NCBI GenBank assembly: GCA_964016885.1
Contig: OZ024746.1
Coordinates: forward strand, 41,540,001 to 41,604,000
From: Eledone cirrhosa
Lineage: Eukaryota
Direction: 5' to 3'
Length of the DNA stretch: 64,000 bases
A program made the translations under genes and the position numbers. Shown in pieces: positions 51,848-64,000 of this stretch (position 1 is the stretch's first letter; every line of letters starts with the position of its first letter). The notes beneath the pieces are model-generated. The model made no database searches, was not told the origin of the DNA, and saw only the letters and a program-made list of their open reading frames with translations.

Positions 51848-53637
51848 ATATATATATATACATTGTAGATCTATAATCTAAACATAGATATTCTTGCATT
51901 TTGGAAGCATCAGGTTTGTTATATTTCCTATTAAAAAACTTGGATGATAGGAGTATCAAAATAACAAAGAAATTCATTAAAAAAACAACAAAATAAACTA
52001 TATTTGTGTTTATCAATATAACAAATAAAACTACCAAAATTTAAGAATATTACTTTCCTCTCCTAGTTTCAGATGAAGCGATTTACTAAAAGTATACAAG
52101 AAAAGAATCTAAAAGGATAATTCATTGTAATTAAATCCCACTTTCACTTTGTTTGAAGATTTTCCAAATTAATATACTTCATAATTTTATAACTATATAT
52201 ATTAAATAGCTGCATTGCTGAAATGTTAAAATAAGTCAGAGTAAAACATGGAGGATCCATCCTGTATTAGAGGTAAATCTATTTTTATTATGAAGCTTTT
52301 GTAGACAAGCTATAAAAATTCTCCTAATAACAAACTGATTAGGTCTTTAGTTGGAAATGTTATATCATTAGACCTGTAATAAAGTAATGCAAGTTAATTT
52401 AGAGATATAAGCTAGAGATTTATATAATTTGTTTTCATCAACTGAGATATATCATACTTTTATATTATATTCATTGAAAGCTATATGAGATTGCAAATTC
52501 TACTATTATTGAATGCTGTAACTGTTTATTCTATTAATTTCTATCAATCAGTTTGGTTTTACAAGCAATTTATGATATGGACAATATTTTGTCAAGTAAG
52601 ATAACCTTAGAAAAGGTAGTTAAAATCAGTGATAATATACCCAAGATTGTGAATAACTTTTTTTTTATTAATCAAAATTCCTTCTTTACATTGGGTATGT
52701 TAGAACTTATTTAACTGTTTGTTTTCCATACCAATGGCGTCCCTAGGTATTTTCCCTTTGTCATTCTGTTCTGTTGTCACACCAACTCAGTCAAATATTG
52801 GGATTGATTCTTCTTCCAATATCTTTCTCCCTTTTCCTCTCTATTTTTCTGATCAGCTACATTGAGTCCTGGGAGTCATGAGACACCACTCACAATCTCC
52901 CTTTTTCAGAAATGTAGATGGATGGAGTGAGGGGTTATGAGGCCCCTCGCAGAATCTTATATTCTACTGAAAGCACCCAAATATGGCCCAATATGCAGTA
53001 TACCATAGAACAGTTGAAAAAGAAATAAGATGTAATGTTTTGGCTGGAATTTCTTTGATCACAGGTCTGCTCAATCAGGGATGACCTCAGGTTAAACAAC
53101 AATAAAACTGTAAAGAAGCTTTCTGCATTCAACCATCAACATCTGGAACAATGTTTTGAAAGTAGCAGTAGGAATTATCTCAGTAAAAGAATTACAAATA
53201 TTCAAGAGTTGAGTGCACAAACACTTCCTTCCTCTTGTTCCTCCAGAAAAGCAGCGAACCATTAATTATTCCATTGGATTTCTCTTTGAGATCCAAATGT
53301 GTAATGAGTCTATTGTTCAGAAATGCATGCTTAAAAAATTAGATGGGATTTTCTTCAGTCCAGTAGCTACCACAATTTGGAATTTCCATGCTTCACCTAC
53401 CATTGCATTGGCTTTCCTAACCCTTAACTTTCTCCATTCAATATTCCATAGTTTTGTTTTTTGCAATATATTTTATGTATTATTTCTTATCTATCCATTT
53501 TTTCTTATTTCACATTCTATTTCTCATTCTACACATCTTTATTGACTAAAATCTAAAATATTTATTCAACTGTTACAAGGATATATATATTTAGAGTTTG
53601 TAACCTACTAAATAGAATCAAATAGACACACACACAA

Positions 53638-53733
<96 letters not shown>

Positions 53734-54182
53734 TTGTGTGTGTGTTTATGTATATGTGTATTTGTACCAATGCCAGTGCATAGCTGCTTAACTGGAAAGT
53801 GGCCTGCTAGAAAATTATATATCTAAATTGTGAAGAAAGTTGCTGATTTGGAACCAAAACTATTGTTCCAATAAGAATTTCATGTTGTATGAAACATTAT
53901 ATTATAATGTAAATGACATTGCATTAGCCATTTCCAAACTTGCACAAATTAAATCCATAATGTATGAGCCCTATGGTCTAATGGATATGGATAGACTCTG
54001 AAGTTCCTTCTTGGCTAATAGGTGAAAAGGAGATGTCTTTCTGTACATTTTGAGATACACTATATTTATCATACCATATTGATTTCATTTAGACTTTATT
54101 TAAAATAGCTAACAATGAAATTTGTATTAAAAAGACATATTTTTGTATATTACAGAATTCTTTTTGTTATTATTTACTCATA

Positions 54183-54378
54183 GGGCAGTGGATTGGCAGT
54201 ATCGGTAGAGGGTCGGACGCCATTCTTTGCAGCAAAGAGTTACAGCCCTTTATGGTCTGAGTTCAAATCCCGCTGAGGTTAACTTTGCCTTTCATCCTTA
54301 CAGGGTCGATGAAATAAAGTACCAGTAATGCACTGGGATAATTGCTGGCCTTGTGCCAAAAGTAGAAATAATTATTAT
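54183..54378 (+). mobile_element. Full-length Deu/Nin-like tRNA-SINE
   Basis: ggcagtggattggcagtatcggtagag (A box), gagttcaaatccc (B box), gcctttcatcc..gggtcgatgaaataaagtacc. Confidence 0.88.
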
Positions 54379-56863
54379 TTACTCATAGGAGAGGGCACTG
54401 CATATGACCTTATTCAGATTGATGAGAGGAAGAGCAGAAAATGGTTTCAGACAAGAGACTTGGTTAAAATGCTTGCAACAAAGGGGTTATTGTTAGATTA
54501 AGTCTATCACACAAAGCTGTGATTACAAATCATTAACTGTTCTCTATTAATTAGCTCAGTGGGCAGCCACATTGTGACATTGCTTATAGCTTAGGGTAAA
54601 GGGTGAACATAATTGAAATGACTACTATTTCATATTCCTTTTATGGCTCTATTCACCATCCTCTTCATTGCTTTTTCAATCATAATTTACCAGTATCCTA
54701 TTCACTGTACCATGCTGCATATGTAATGAGGGGTGGCATCAGATCTGCCCACATTCAATACATCCTACCACACCACTCTATTCAGATAGGCAGAAGCATG
54801 GTAAATCTGGACAATGTATTTATATGCTGTATCTAGTCATTTGATTAACTAGCTGTACACTTTAACTCTGTTCAGGGGTTAAACCACCACAAAAAAATAG
54901 GTAAATTCTTTAGAGTGCCTCAACAACCTCATGTGTTACGGGACATTTCCATTCCTATCTCTAATAGAAATTAGATTTGTTTTAAACCTACAATTTCTCC
55001 TCTAATCTATCAGGAAAATTAGTGTGTAATAACCAGTATAATATTCCATAGCTAAATTGAAGTGCTACATCAATAGAATATATATATGGATACATTATCT
55101 GGTGAATGAACTGGTGAACGTATTAGTCAGACAACGACATCTTTTGGGTGCAACATCTGTCTGGGTAAAAAAAAAAAAAAATTCTAGTAGTCAATGGCTT
55201 ATTTAGTAGATACTAAACATTAATATAATTATTTTCTCACAATAATTTTCTATTTATAATAGAGCTATTGATTTTTTTAAAAACATCATTAATATTTATA
55301 TTGTCTATTTTGGGGTGACAATTTTGTAGAAATATTAGAGCAACATAGTAAGAGTTCTACAGTTTTTAGTTTTGTTCTTCTATAAACTGAGTTCAAACCC
55401 ACAGGGAATGATTTAGCCTTTCATGCCTCTGACAATGATAGATAAGTATTTGTATCATACTGCGTCTAAATCTCTCTAGTAGCCTACTCCATAGAAAATT
55501 TGGTCGTGGGTTTAATCAAAGGAAATTTTATATTTATACATTTATTTCAGATGTAGAAAGTGTCTTCTATTTAAACAATAAATGATAAATAGAACATCAT
55601 ACAGTCATTTGTTTTTAAATGAAAGTATCAATGTTCATACTATCTTTCTTTAAAACTTTTTTTTGCAATATAGCAATTCTCTGTTAACATATTCTCATAG
55701 AAATAAAGCTTCCACATTCTATACCATATCCAAAACAAGGCCATCCATTTGATTGGTAAAAACTTCCACATCAACACACTACAGCCTCTGATTCATAGTT
55801 GTACAGCAACTTCTTTTTGTCTATTCTATCATTGCTACAATGAATTCCACTCAAAAATATCTCATTGCACCATTATCACTCTAATCAGGCCAACCACCTA
55901 CACACACTTATCTCTTATTATACACACTGTGTCTTTCCCTTTGGCCTTACACTAACCAATATGCTCAATCCTTCCTTCTGAGGTCATCCGTTCTCTAGAA
56001 TTTCCTATTTGCAAAAGTCATGGGCACTGCACTTTCCTCCCTGATGAAATAATAACAAAAGAATCAATCTCCTTTAAAAAGTTCTAATGTTTTCTATTGT
56101 ATGACCTTGATATATTTCCACCATTTTTAGACTTCACGCTTTAACCAGTTACTTAAATCATATATCTATTTACTGTGTCATGCTGTGCTATGGTGTTTAA
56201 ATCTTTTTGTACACACAGCAGTGTACATTTCCTGCCTAATACAGGTGCTTTTCAAATATAGCTAGCATAGTCTATATGATATAGCTTAAATCTTACAGCA
56301 GGATAATATATTTTATAGCAGCATCACATTCAGTTTCCTATTATTATATATCACTGGTATTTCTATCAATATGGTAGTACGCATAGAAATTGTTATCATA
56401 AGCACACATTAAATCTTAGAATACTACTTGAATGGCAATGGGAAGAATTCAGCTTTACTGAAAATTCCCTGCTGAATCAGGATAAAGTATGATTCATTTA
56501 TATACACAAAAAAGCATTATAAACTGGTTGTATAGTGATCTATGCTGCATACAGAGTGTTATGAGCTGTCATTCTAATATAATATTCCATACAAGTACAA
56601 AAAATGTTTAAGTTCTTTTCTGTTTGTTTCATATTTTTGTTGTTGTGAAAGGGTGGGTGATACTATGCATTATTTCTAATGTACTAACAAATAATCAATA
56701 CATGTTTTCTATTCTATCTCAATGCTTTTTAAGCCATACATTATTATCATTATTATTTTCTTTTTAGATTACTACATTTAACTAAATTGTCTCAAGATAT
56801 TACACTTTCTCAAATGAAATGGGTAGTCAAATGTTGATTACCTTTGAATATAAATTAAAAATA

Positions 56864-56899
<36 letters not shown>

Positions 56900-57599
56900 G
56901 GATAGAGAGAGAGATAGATAGAGAGAGAGTGAGAGAGAGAGTGAGAGAGAGTTAGAGAGAGAGAGAGAGAGAGAGTGAGAGAGAGATAGGATTATTCAAT
57001 AATTTCAGTAAATTTGAGGGTTACTGGATGTGGTACCAACATAAGCACTCAATGCTGTATAAAGTGTATAAATTAAGTATAACAAGACAAAGTTTCACAC
57101 TAATAGTCTTTTTTATTGATTATCAATCAATTACGTACGTTTCACAGATAATTGGTTCAAGGTCCATATTTGTGTTATAGACCTGACTTCATCACCAATC
57201 TGCTAAATAAAAAATTTCATCTGAGGGCATCCCATATCATATAGAGTATATATATACACATACAAATACCCATGAGATAGATAGATTTTTTAATTCTCTT
57301 CCAGGTTGCAATCATTAAAACTCCAGAAATGTTGGTGTAGTGCCTTAATCAAATCCATATGATTGACCCCAATACTTACTTTTTTAAGTCTGATACTAAT
57401 TTTATTAATTGCTTTTATGTTAACCCTTTAGTATTGGAGAGATATCTGATTGCACATTCGTTTATATATATATATATATATATCATCAATTGTAAGGCAA
57501 CATTCTCAGCCAGAAGCCATAGCTGTGAAATCAGAGTGGAATTATTGTTATATATATATGTATAACAATAATTCCACTTTGATTTCATATATATATATG

Positions 57600-57752
57600 A
57601 CGAGCTTCTAGAGTTTCCATTGATAAAATTCTACTCACAAGGCATTGGTCAACCTAATAGGAGACACTTTTCCAAGGTGCTGCAATTCGGAATTGAACCC
57701 AGAACCCCATGGTTAGGAAGTGAGCTCATTAACCATACAGTTATGCCTGCAC
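57600..57752 (-). mobile_element. Degenerate tRNA-SINE; related copy at about 62085-62240
   Basis: ggaattgaaccc (B box, minus strand), aaccatacag, caaggcattggtc. Confidence 0.6.
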
Positions 57753-58044
57753 CTACAACCAGCACTGAAGCTGAAGTGCTGTAACATTACTGAACAAACT
57801 GTTAAATAACTGCTAGTTACAATATTGTGTCCCAAGGGATGAAGTATGATTGTCTAACAGCTGAAGAAAAGATATATATCTGATTGTAACAACTGGTGTT
57901 TAGTTACTTACATATTTGTTAGTTTTGGACATTGTGCTTTGAATTGGGCTACTACATTGATGTTGTTGTGTCAGTGATTGTAGTTAAAAGGAAAAACAGT
58001 CAAGTTTTAGACGAGAGTTTTAATGCTATGAAAAGTCTTCACAT

Positions 58045-58216
58045 ATAATTGTTTCTACGTTAGGCACAAGGCCAGCAATTACCCAGTGCATTATTAGTAC
58101 TTTATTTTATCGACCCCGTAAGGATGAAAGGCAAAGTTAACCTCGGTGGGATTTGAACTCAGATCGTAAAGGGACGTAAGCATGGCGTCCGACCCTCTAC
58201 CGATACTGCCAATCCA
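58045..58216 (-). mobile_element. Deu/Nin-like tRNA-SINE
   Basis: Near-identical to 7961-8144. Confidence 0.88.
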
Positions 58217-58486
58217 ATATAATATCATCAAGCACTATTCCAATAACAATTGTCAATAAATTTTATCGACTTCAAAAAGCCATTAATTGAAAGTCTCAAT
58301 ACATGGGGTAGAGTTTATTTATTTGTTAATGGTTAAATCCATCATTACATTCAGTTTTTTGCTTGTATGCATTTGTTCAATTGACAAAAAGGTTTACGTG
58401 AAATTATTTATTATATTTATCATATTTATATGAGTTCTGGCTTCAATCAGGAGTAACCACAGTAAGTAAGGTACTCAATACATTAG

Positions 58487-58638
58487 AGTAAAACAAGATT
58501 TAATATAGAAATGGTTTATACAGGACTAAAACTGTTTCAGTCATAGGAAATCATCAGGCTTTTCCTGATGATTTACTTTGAATGAAACAGTTCTAGTCCA
58601 GTAGAAACCAATTCAATTCTATATTAAATCTTGATTTT
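58487..58638. mobile_element. Two head-to-head truncated hammerhead-like motifs forming an inverted repeat
   Basis: Plus strand cCTGATGA(58565)ttt..aatGAAAcagttctaGTC; mirror on the minus strand at 58523-58557; stem I 5' strand missing. Confidence 0.6.
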
Positions 58639-58673
<35 letters not shown>

Positions 58674-59142
58674 ACATATATACATACATTATATTGTAGA
58701 TATTTTCTATATATATCCCTAATAAAACATATATTTAAAGATTATTTTCCATTGATTAAAGCTCAGACAAAATATTTTATGGGGTAACTGGGCTGAACTA
58801 TCTGCATTATAACCAAATCTGCACTACACCTAAGAACAGTGACTTTAAAAACATTCTTCAATGGGGTCAAGTCAGACTAGGTCCATCAGCAAAATAATGA
58901 CACAATCACTATACATATCAAGAAAACAATCTTGTACCCTTCAATACATAACTAGAAAACACAAAGTTGCTAAACATGCTAGGCTTTGCCATATCTGATG
59001 ATATCTCTTAGTAATTTCACATCCCTAACATAGCACAATGTGTATGTACTACATAGACTGGTATTCCTCTTTAGTGTAAGAAAATACTCCAGCCCCAAGC
59101 AGTTACTAACCTTATACAGTGTTTAAATGAGATTCCAATAAA

Positions 59143-59353
59143 AATAATGGTTTCTGATTTAGGCAATAATTTTGGAGGAGGGGAAGTCAATTAAATCAAC
59201 ACAGTGTATTACTGGAACTTTATTTTATCAACCCTGTAAGGATAAAAAGCAAAGCTAACCGTGGTGGTATTTTAACTCAGAATGTAAAGGGAGGAAACTG
59301 TTTGCTGCAAAACATTGTCCGATGCTCTACTGATACTGTCAATCCACTGCCCT
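59143..59353 (-). mobile_element. Deu/Nin-like tRNA-SINE (older copy)
   Basis: ttattttatcaacc..aaggat.aaa.gcaaag...aactcag...aatccactgccc. Confidence 0.75.
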
Positions 59354-61482
59354 ATAAAAATAATGCTATTATATCTGGGATATGGTTACTACTATACATA
59401 AAGACAACATAAGCTGTATCCCTGATAAAAAGCCTTCCAATTAATTAGTATGAAATCACTTACATTCCAAACACTAGCCCTCAAATGTGATGTTTCTTCT
59501 CTCTGTTATTACAGTGGTCTCTGCTACTAGGAACTGGCTGATCTCATGCCATTTCCACTTAGATATATCTGAATCACTGATTTTTTTCTCTTCTCATTAT
59601 CCATATAATATTCACCACTCCCTTAGGCTCAGTATTAAACACATTATACCAGTCTTATTTCTTCGAGAACGCTAGCCCTCTGGAATTCTTTTCTTGTCCA
59701 AATATATAGCTGCATATATATTGATATAGAGACATAAATTGAAATTGTCCTGAACCACTTTAGAACAAAGTTATTATTTATTCTTTGTCCAATTTTATTT
59801 GATAAACTATTTTCCAGGAATAGTTGCCACACAAGAGCACCAGTTTTCATGTACAAGGTATCCTCTAAGAAAAATGATATACTTAAAATAGATACCTCTC
59901 TGGAATAACAGCTTTCATGAACAAGTTGTCATTTCAGAAGAACAGTTTCCCAAAATATCATGTGTCTTGAAAATAGTCTCTATGGATAATCAGTATTTTA
60001 AATTGTTGTTTTACTTGAATTAACGATCAGCTAGGAAATCCTTTGAATAAATTATGGTATATACTTCAAAACAGATAGATGCTATTGGGAGCAGAGCTAA
60101 ATAATGATTATATCACTTATTTAATGTATGTGAATATATTAAAAAAATGTTTGTTTATTGCTAGAAATAAGATAAAAGTAGACATATATCCATCATAACT
60201 GACTGAAATTTTCTTTATTGTCAAGTAGAAGTATAAGAAAGCTTACTTTCACAGAAAAAGTGCCAATCATTATTGTAATTATTTTTCTTGTTTTGGCATA
60301 AGTTCAATTTTGTAATATCCAAAAATCATATTGGTAATTATTTTTTTTTTGAAGTAGGAAAGATAAAATCAAATTGAAATGAATTGACCTCAGAACAATG
60401 AAAGCCTCAGACTAGGTACTACAAAACCTTTCTGCTTATTTAAGGTTATCTGTTATCTCTACTGTATGATTTATTTTAATTAGGCAACAACTGTTTCAAA
60501 TTTCAAAGCAGAATTTAATTTTAGAGAGATATCACATTATGGAAAAGACAGATATGAAGCAAGAGAGTCAAGAAAAATTCTAAAAAGTAAAGCAGCTTAA
60601 GGCAATTGACTATATCTATATACATCCACATATTTTTTCTACTAATACTAAAAGACTCCAGTTAAAAATAACAAAATATGTAAACAAAACAAACAAAAGT
60701 AGGGATGATTCGATAAATTCAGATACAAAGAAAAAAAAATATATATAGGAGGAAGAAATATGAAAATGCATCCCTAAAAAAAAAATGAAATAATAAATTA
60801 CTCAACCATGAAAAACATCTTATAACTGGAGAATATCAATCAATAAAAAAATATTAATTTTCATGTCAAAATACCCCACAAACACTTAAATAAAAAAAAT
60901 AGAAAAGACAGCAATGACATCAAACTATCCCACCTACACTTATATAAAAATACTAGAAAAAAACAATGACGTCAGCATACTCCACAAATACTTATATAAA
61001 AATACAAGACATGATAATAAAATACAAGAAACTATGATAACAATGACATCAAAATATTCAGCAAACACTAGAAAAGACAACAATGCATTACCATTGGACA
61101 CAGACATCATAGCCCTTTAAAAAGTTTAATGAATAACTTGCTTATCAACTACAAAAAAATGAGATTTGACAAACTAGCTGTGTATCCTGAATACAACATA
61201 TTTTCAGGCAAACAAAATGGTATTGGAAATATCTACACGGATGTTAAAAATACTGAAGAATAATATTAAACATGTCATTGAATTTTAGACAATTTTTCTG
61301 CTGAACAATCAACATTGAAAATGCAAGTACATTCTTTAGTTATAAAGGGGTATTTAAAATAGAATATCTTTTAAGCTTTTCTCACTATTAAGAAATCATT
61401 ATTCAGCTTGGATCAAATGTAATGAATTTTTTTTATTAATTGCATCATAACATTTTGTGAAAAGGATGAGTAACATCTAGAA

Positions 61483-61703
61483 TATAATGGTTTCTGATTT
61501 AGGTACAAGGCCAACAATTTGTGGAGAGGTGAAAGTGGAATAAATTAATCTCAGTACATTATTGGTACTTTATTTTATTGACACCATAAGGGTGAAAGGC
61601 AAAGCTAACCTCGTTGGGATCTGAACTCAGAACATATAGGGCCATACCTCTATGCTGCAAAGCCTGTTGTCCTCATGCTCTACCAATAATGCCAATTCAC
61701 TAC
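61483..61703 (-). mobile_element. Deu/Nin-like tRNA-SINE (older copy)
   Basis: Same motifs as 59143-59353. Confidence 0.75.
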
Positions 61704-62597
61704 CTTTATCAACTAAAATATAATTAAAATATTTTATACACAGAAAGGTAAATGTACAATTGAGAGCATAGTTAATGCACTAAACTCTCTTTAAAGAAGT
61801 CAAAGACAATTTATGAAAACAAACAACATTAAAGTAGATGTAGAAATCGATGAATTAGAACAAGTATTTGTCTATAAAAAATAGATGAAATAAATAGGTG
61901 AGAAACTATGGAAGAAGAGTTATGTTGAATATTAATCTGATTAATATTCAACATATTAATAAATCAAGTTGATTTATTACACTGAGAAGGACTGTGCCAG
62001 TTTAATAAAACCTAGTATTTGACTGGATGGTGATATGGACAAAGACACTCAAAAACACACATGTACACACACACGCATATATATGACAGAGTTTTAGTGT
62101 TCTTGCCTACAAATTCCACTTGCAAGTCATTGGTTACCATGAATGAACAGTGGGAGACATTTGCCTAAAATACAACACAATGGGATCAAACCAAAAACCA
62201 CATGGTTGTGAAGAGAACATTGTAACATCCTGGCTATACTTTAGGGATCAAACTGTCCCAATTATAATTAGGATAATAGCTTTAGCAATTATTTCAGATA
62301 TATTCATCAGGCTACATATTTCCAGAGAGGTGCATATAGCTGATGTGATTGACCTTTGAATGAAGTTTACCCCAGCAAGATTTGAATTCAAACATAAAGA
62401 TAAGGTATATCAAACTATCACACACTATCTAAGGTATATCGAAATATCATCACCTTAGTATTACATACGTGAATAACAAATACCCTAGTGATTGATATCC
62501 GAATATCAAACATCCTAGTGATAGATATCTGGATGCCAAACACCCCAGTGAAAGATATTTGAATACCAAACACCAAGAGATTGATATCTGAATAACA

Positions 62598-62900
62598 AAG
62601 GAAATGGAGAAACTATCCAAATATAAATATCTAGAGATAGAAATAACCTGAATGTGGATGATGAAGACAGAAACAATACCGATTATAATAGGTGCTATGG
62701 GAATGATAAAAAAACAACACATAGAGAGTTACATAACCAAAACCCCAGGACTTACAAATATATACAGCATACAAAAGATAGTGCTATTAGGCACTGCACA
62801 CATATTTCGAAAAGTACTCAGCAAAATCTACACTGCTCATACCCAAGGCACACAGAGCTGTGCTTGGTAAAGCAGTAATGATGCGCAATAAAAAAAAAAA
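62598..62900 (+). mobile_element. R4/Dong-type LINE 3' end (restriction-like endonuclease C-terminus), preceded by degenerate 30-bp repeats at 62470-62600
   Basis: KEMEKLSKYKYLEIEIT*MW....IPIIIGAMG...IQKIVLLGTAHIFRKVLS, then aataaaaaaa. Confidence 0.8.
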
Positions 62901-62902
62901 AG

Positions 62903-63092
62903 AATTGTTTCTACTTTTGGCACAAGGCCAGCAATTACCCCAGTGCATTACTGGTGCTTTATTTTATCAACACGTAGGATGAAAGGTAAAGTTAACTTCA
63001 GCGGGATTTGAACTCAGAACGTAAAAGGCCATAACTCTATGCTGCAAACCATTGTATCTGACACTCTACCGATACTGCCAATCCACTGACCC

Positions 63093-63125
<33 letters not shown>
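62903..63125 (-). mobile_element. Deu/Nin-like tRNA-SINE followed by (TAA)n
   Basis: aattgtttctacttttggcacaaggcc...gggatttgaactcag...gccaatccactg. Confidence 0.85.
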
Positions 63126-64000
63126 GAAATCGCCAATCACCGTCATCATAATTTCATATTTAGTTTCCATATTGGCATCGGTTAGACATGCCCTCCCAGC
63201 TAGGTTAGAGGACCACATTTCGCTCATGGATTCCAGTTTTTTTGCATGCCCTTCTTAACACCAACCAACTGGAATTAAATTATATTTTGTTTACTAGAAC
63301 ATTTGAAATAGAAAGTATGTAGTAAAACATATATTTCTTATGATATATATTTCATGATCAGGAAAATGTTTCTTAATGTCAAATGGCTTATTGTGGCTTA
63401 AGGCCTTTTCTAATGTAATTTTATCTTAGATCTACTGTAGAACATTTATTTATCGTATTAAATGTTTTAGGAGCTATTCACTTTCTTGAGTAAGATGTTT
63501 TATCCAATGTCTAGAGTTTTATCTTTGAACACTGATTCTAAATATGAATTTTTAATGAAGTGATAATTTCGAAAAAAAACGTATTTTAATTATTTATGTT
63601 TGATGTTTGCTCAAATAAAACTGGATTCTTTTTACAGTATCATCATACAACATTCTTCATAAAATGAATTGGTTGAAATTTCAACCATGCAACAACATCC
63701 TATGATCATTTAGACCAAGAATACATAAACTAAAGCATAAAAAAACACTCTGAAATGAATATTAATCAGTAGTTATCAAGGTTTTATAAAGGTATTTATT
63801 TTAAATACATTAAACAGTTTATGGTGCTCAAAATGGTACATGCTATTTTTTACTTGATCAATAGTCATATTTCTTTTCTAAATACTGAATGTGAAATTAA
63901 CGAAGCTAACTCTGTATTTAATGATAATCAGAAATATTGATTTAGGTTTATTTATTATATATATTATACAAAATTCATATTGAATACGATTGATGTGAGA

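Noticed and set aside
54183-54275. tRNA gene
   Set aside because: A and B boxes are present, but it is the head of a repeated SINE and no full cloverleaf was seen
57131-57235. Complete hammerhead on the minus strand
   Set aside because: The 3' half (GAAA-cgtacg-TA) and a long stem are present, but there is no matching CUGANGA or stem I; counted only as a partial motif
56041-59003. Isolated CTGANGA heptamers (for example 56041, 57861, 58995; also 17731, 28465, 49402)
   Set aside because: No correctly placed GAAA, UH or stems; expected by chance
59644-59868. 70-aa minus-strand ORF after an acceptor-like site
   Set aside because: No recognisable domain and a weak donor; length is compatible with chance

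Overview
Very AT-rich, gene-poor animal genomic DNA, probably an octopus or other coleoid cephalopod (inferred from the tRNA-SINE families, RTE LINEs with (ATG)n tails and saturation with (TA)n microsatellites). No intact host gene can be supported; nearly all long ORFs in the track are microsatellite read-throughs. The identifiable coding remnants are all mobile elements: RTE LINEs (one with a PHD-like finger inside the RT), Penelope-like elements (PLEs; RT plus GIY-YIG, at least two lineages), an R4/Dong-type LINE end, and a mariner folded into a 907-bp palindrome. The signal the ORF track misses is RNA structure. About 20 type-I hammerhead ribozyme (HHR) motifs, from roughly a dozen unrelated sequence families, lie on both strands, almost all in short inserts inside (TA)n tracts. 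Many have a palindromic stem III, a non-canonical pair at the base of stem II, and long branched stem II insertions; one family shows a compensatory change. These inserts repeatedly form 3'-ends-outward inverted pairs or partial tandems (monomers of 617 and 1018 bp). This suggests a large, mostly non-coding, ribozyme-bearing PLE/retrozyme-like population that integrates into self-complementary (TA)n by priming from both strands. All pairings were read by eye; no folding, alignment or database search was run, and boundaries are approximate to a few bases.
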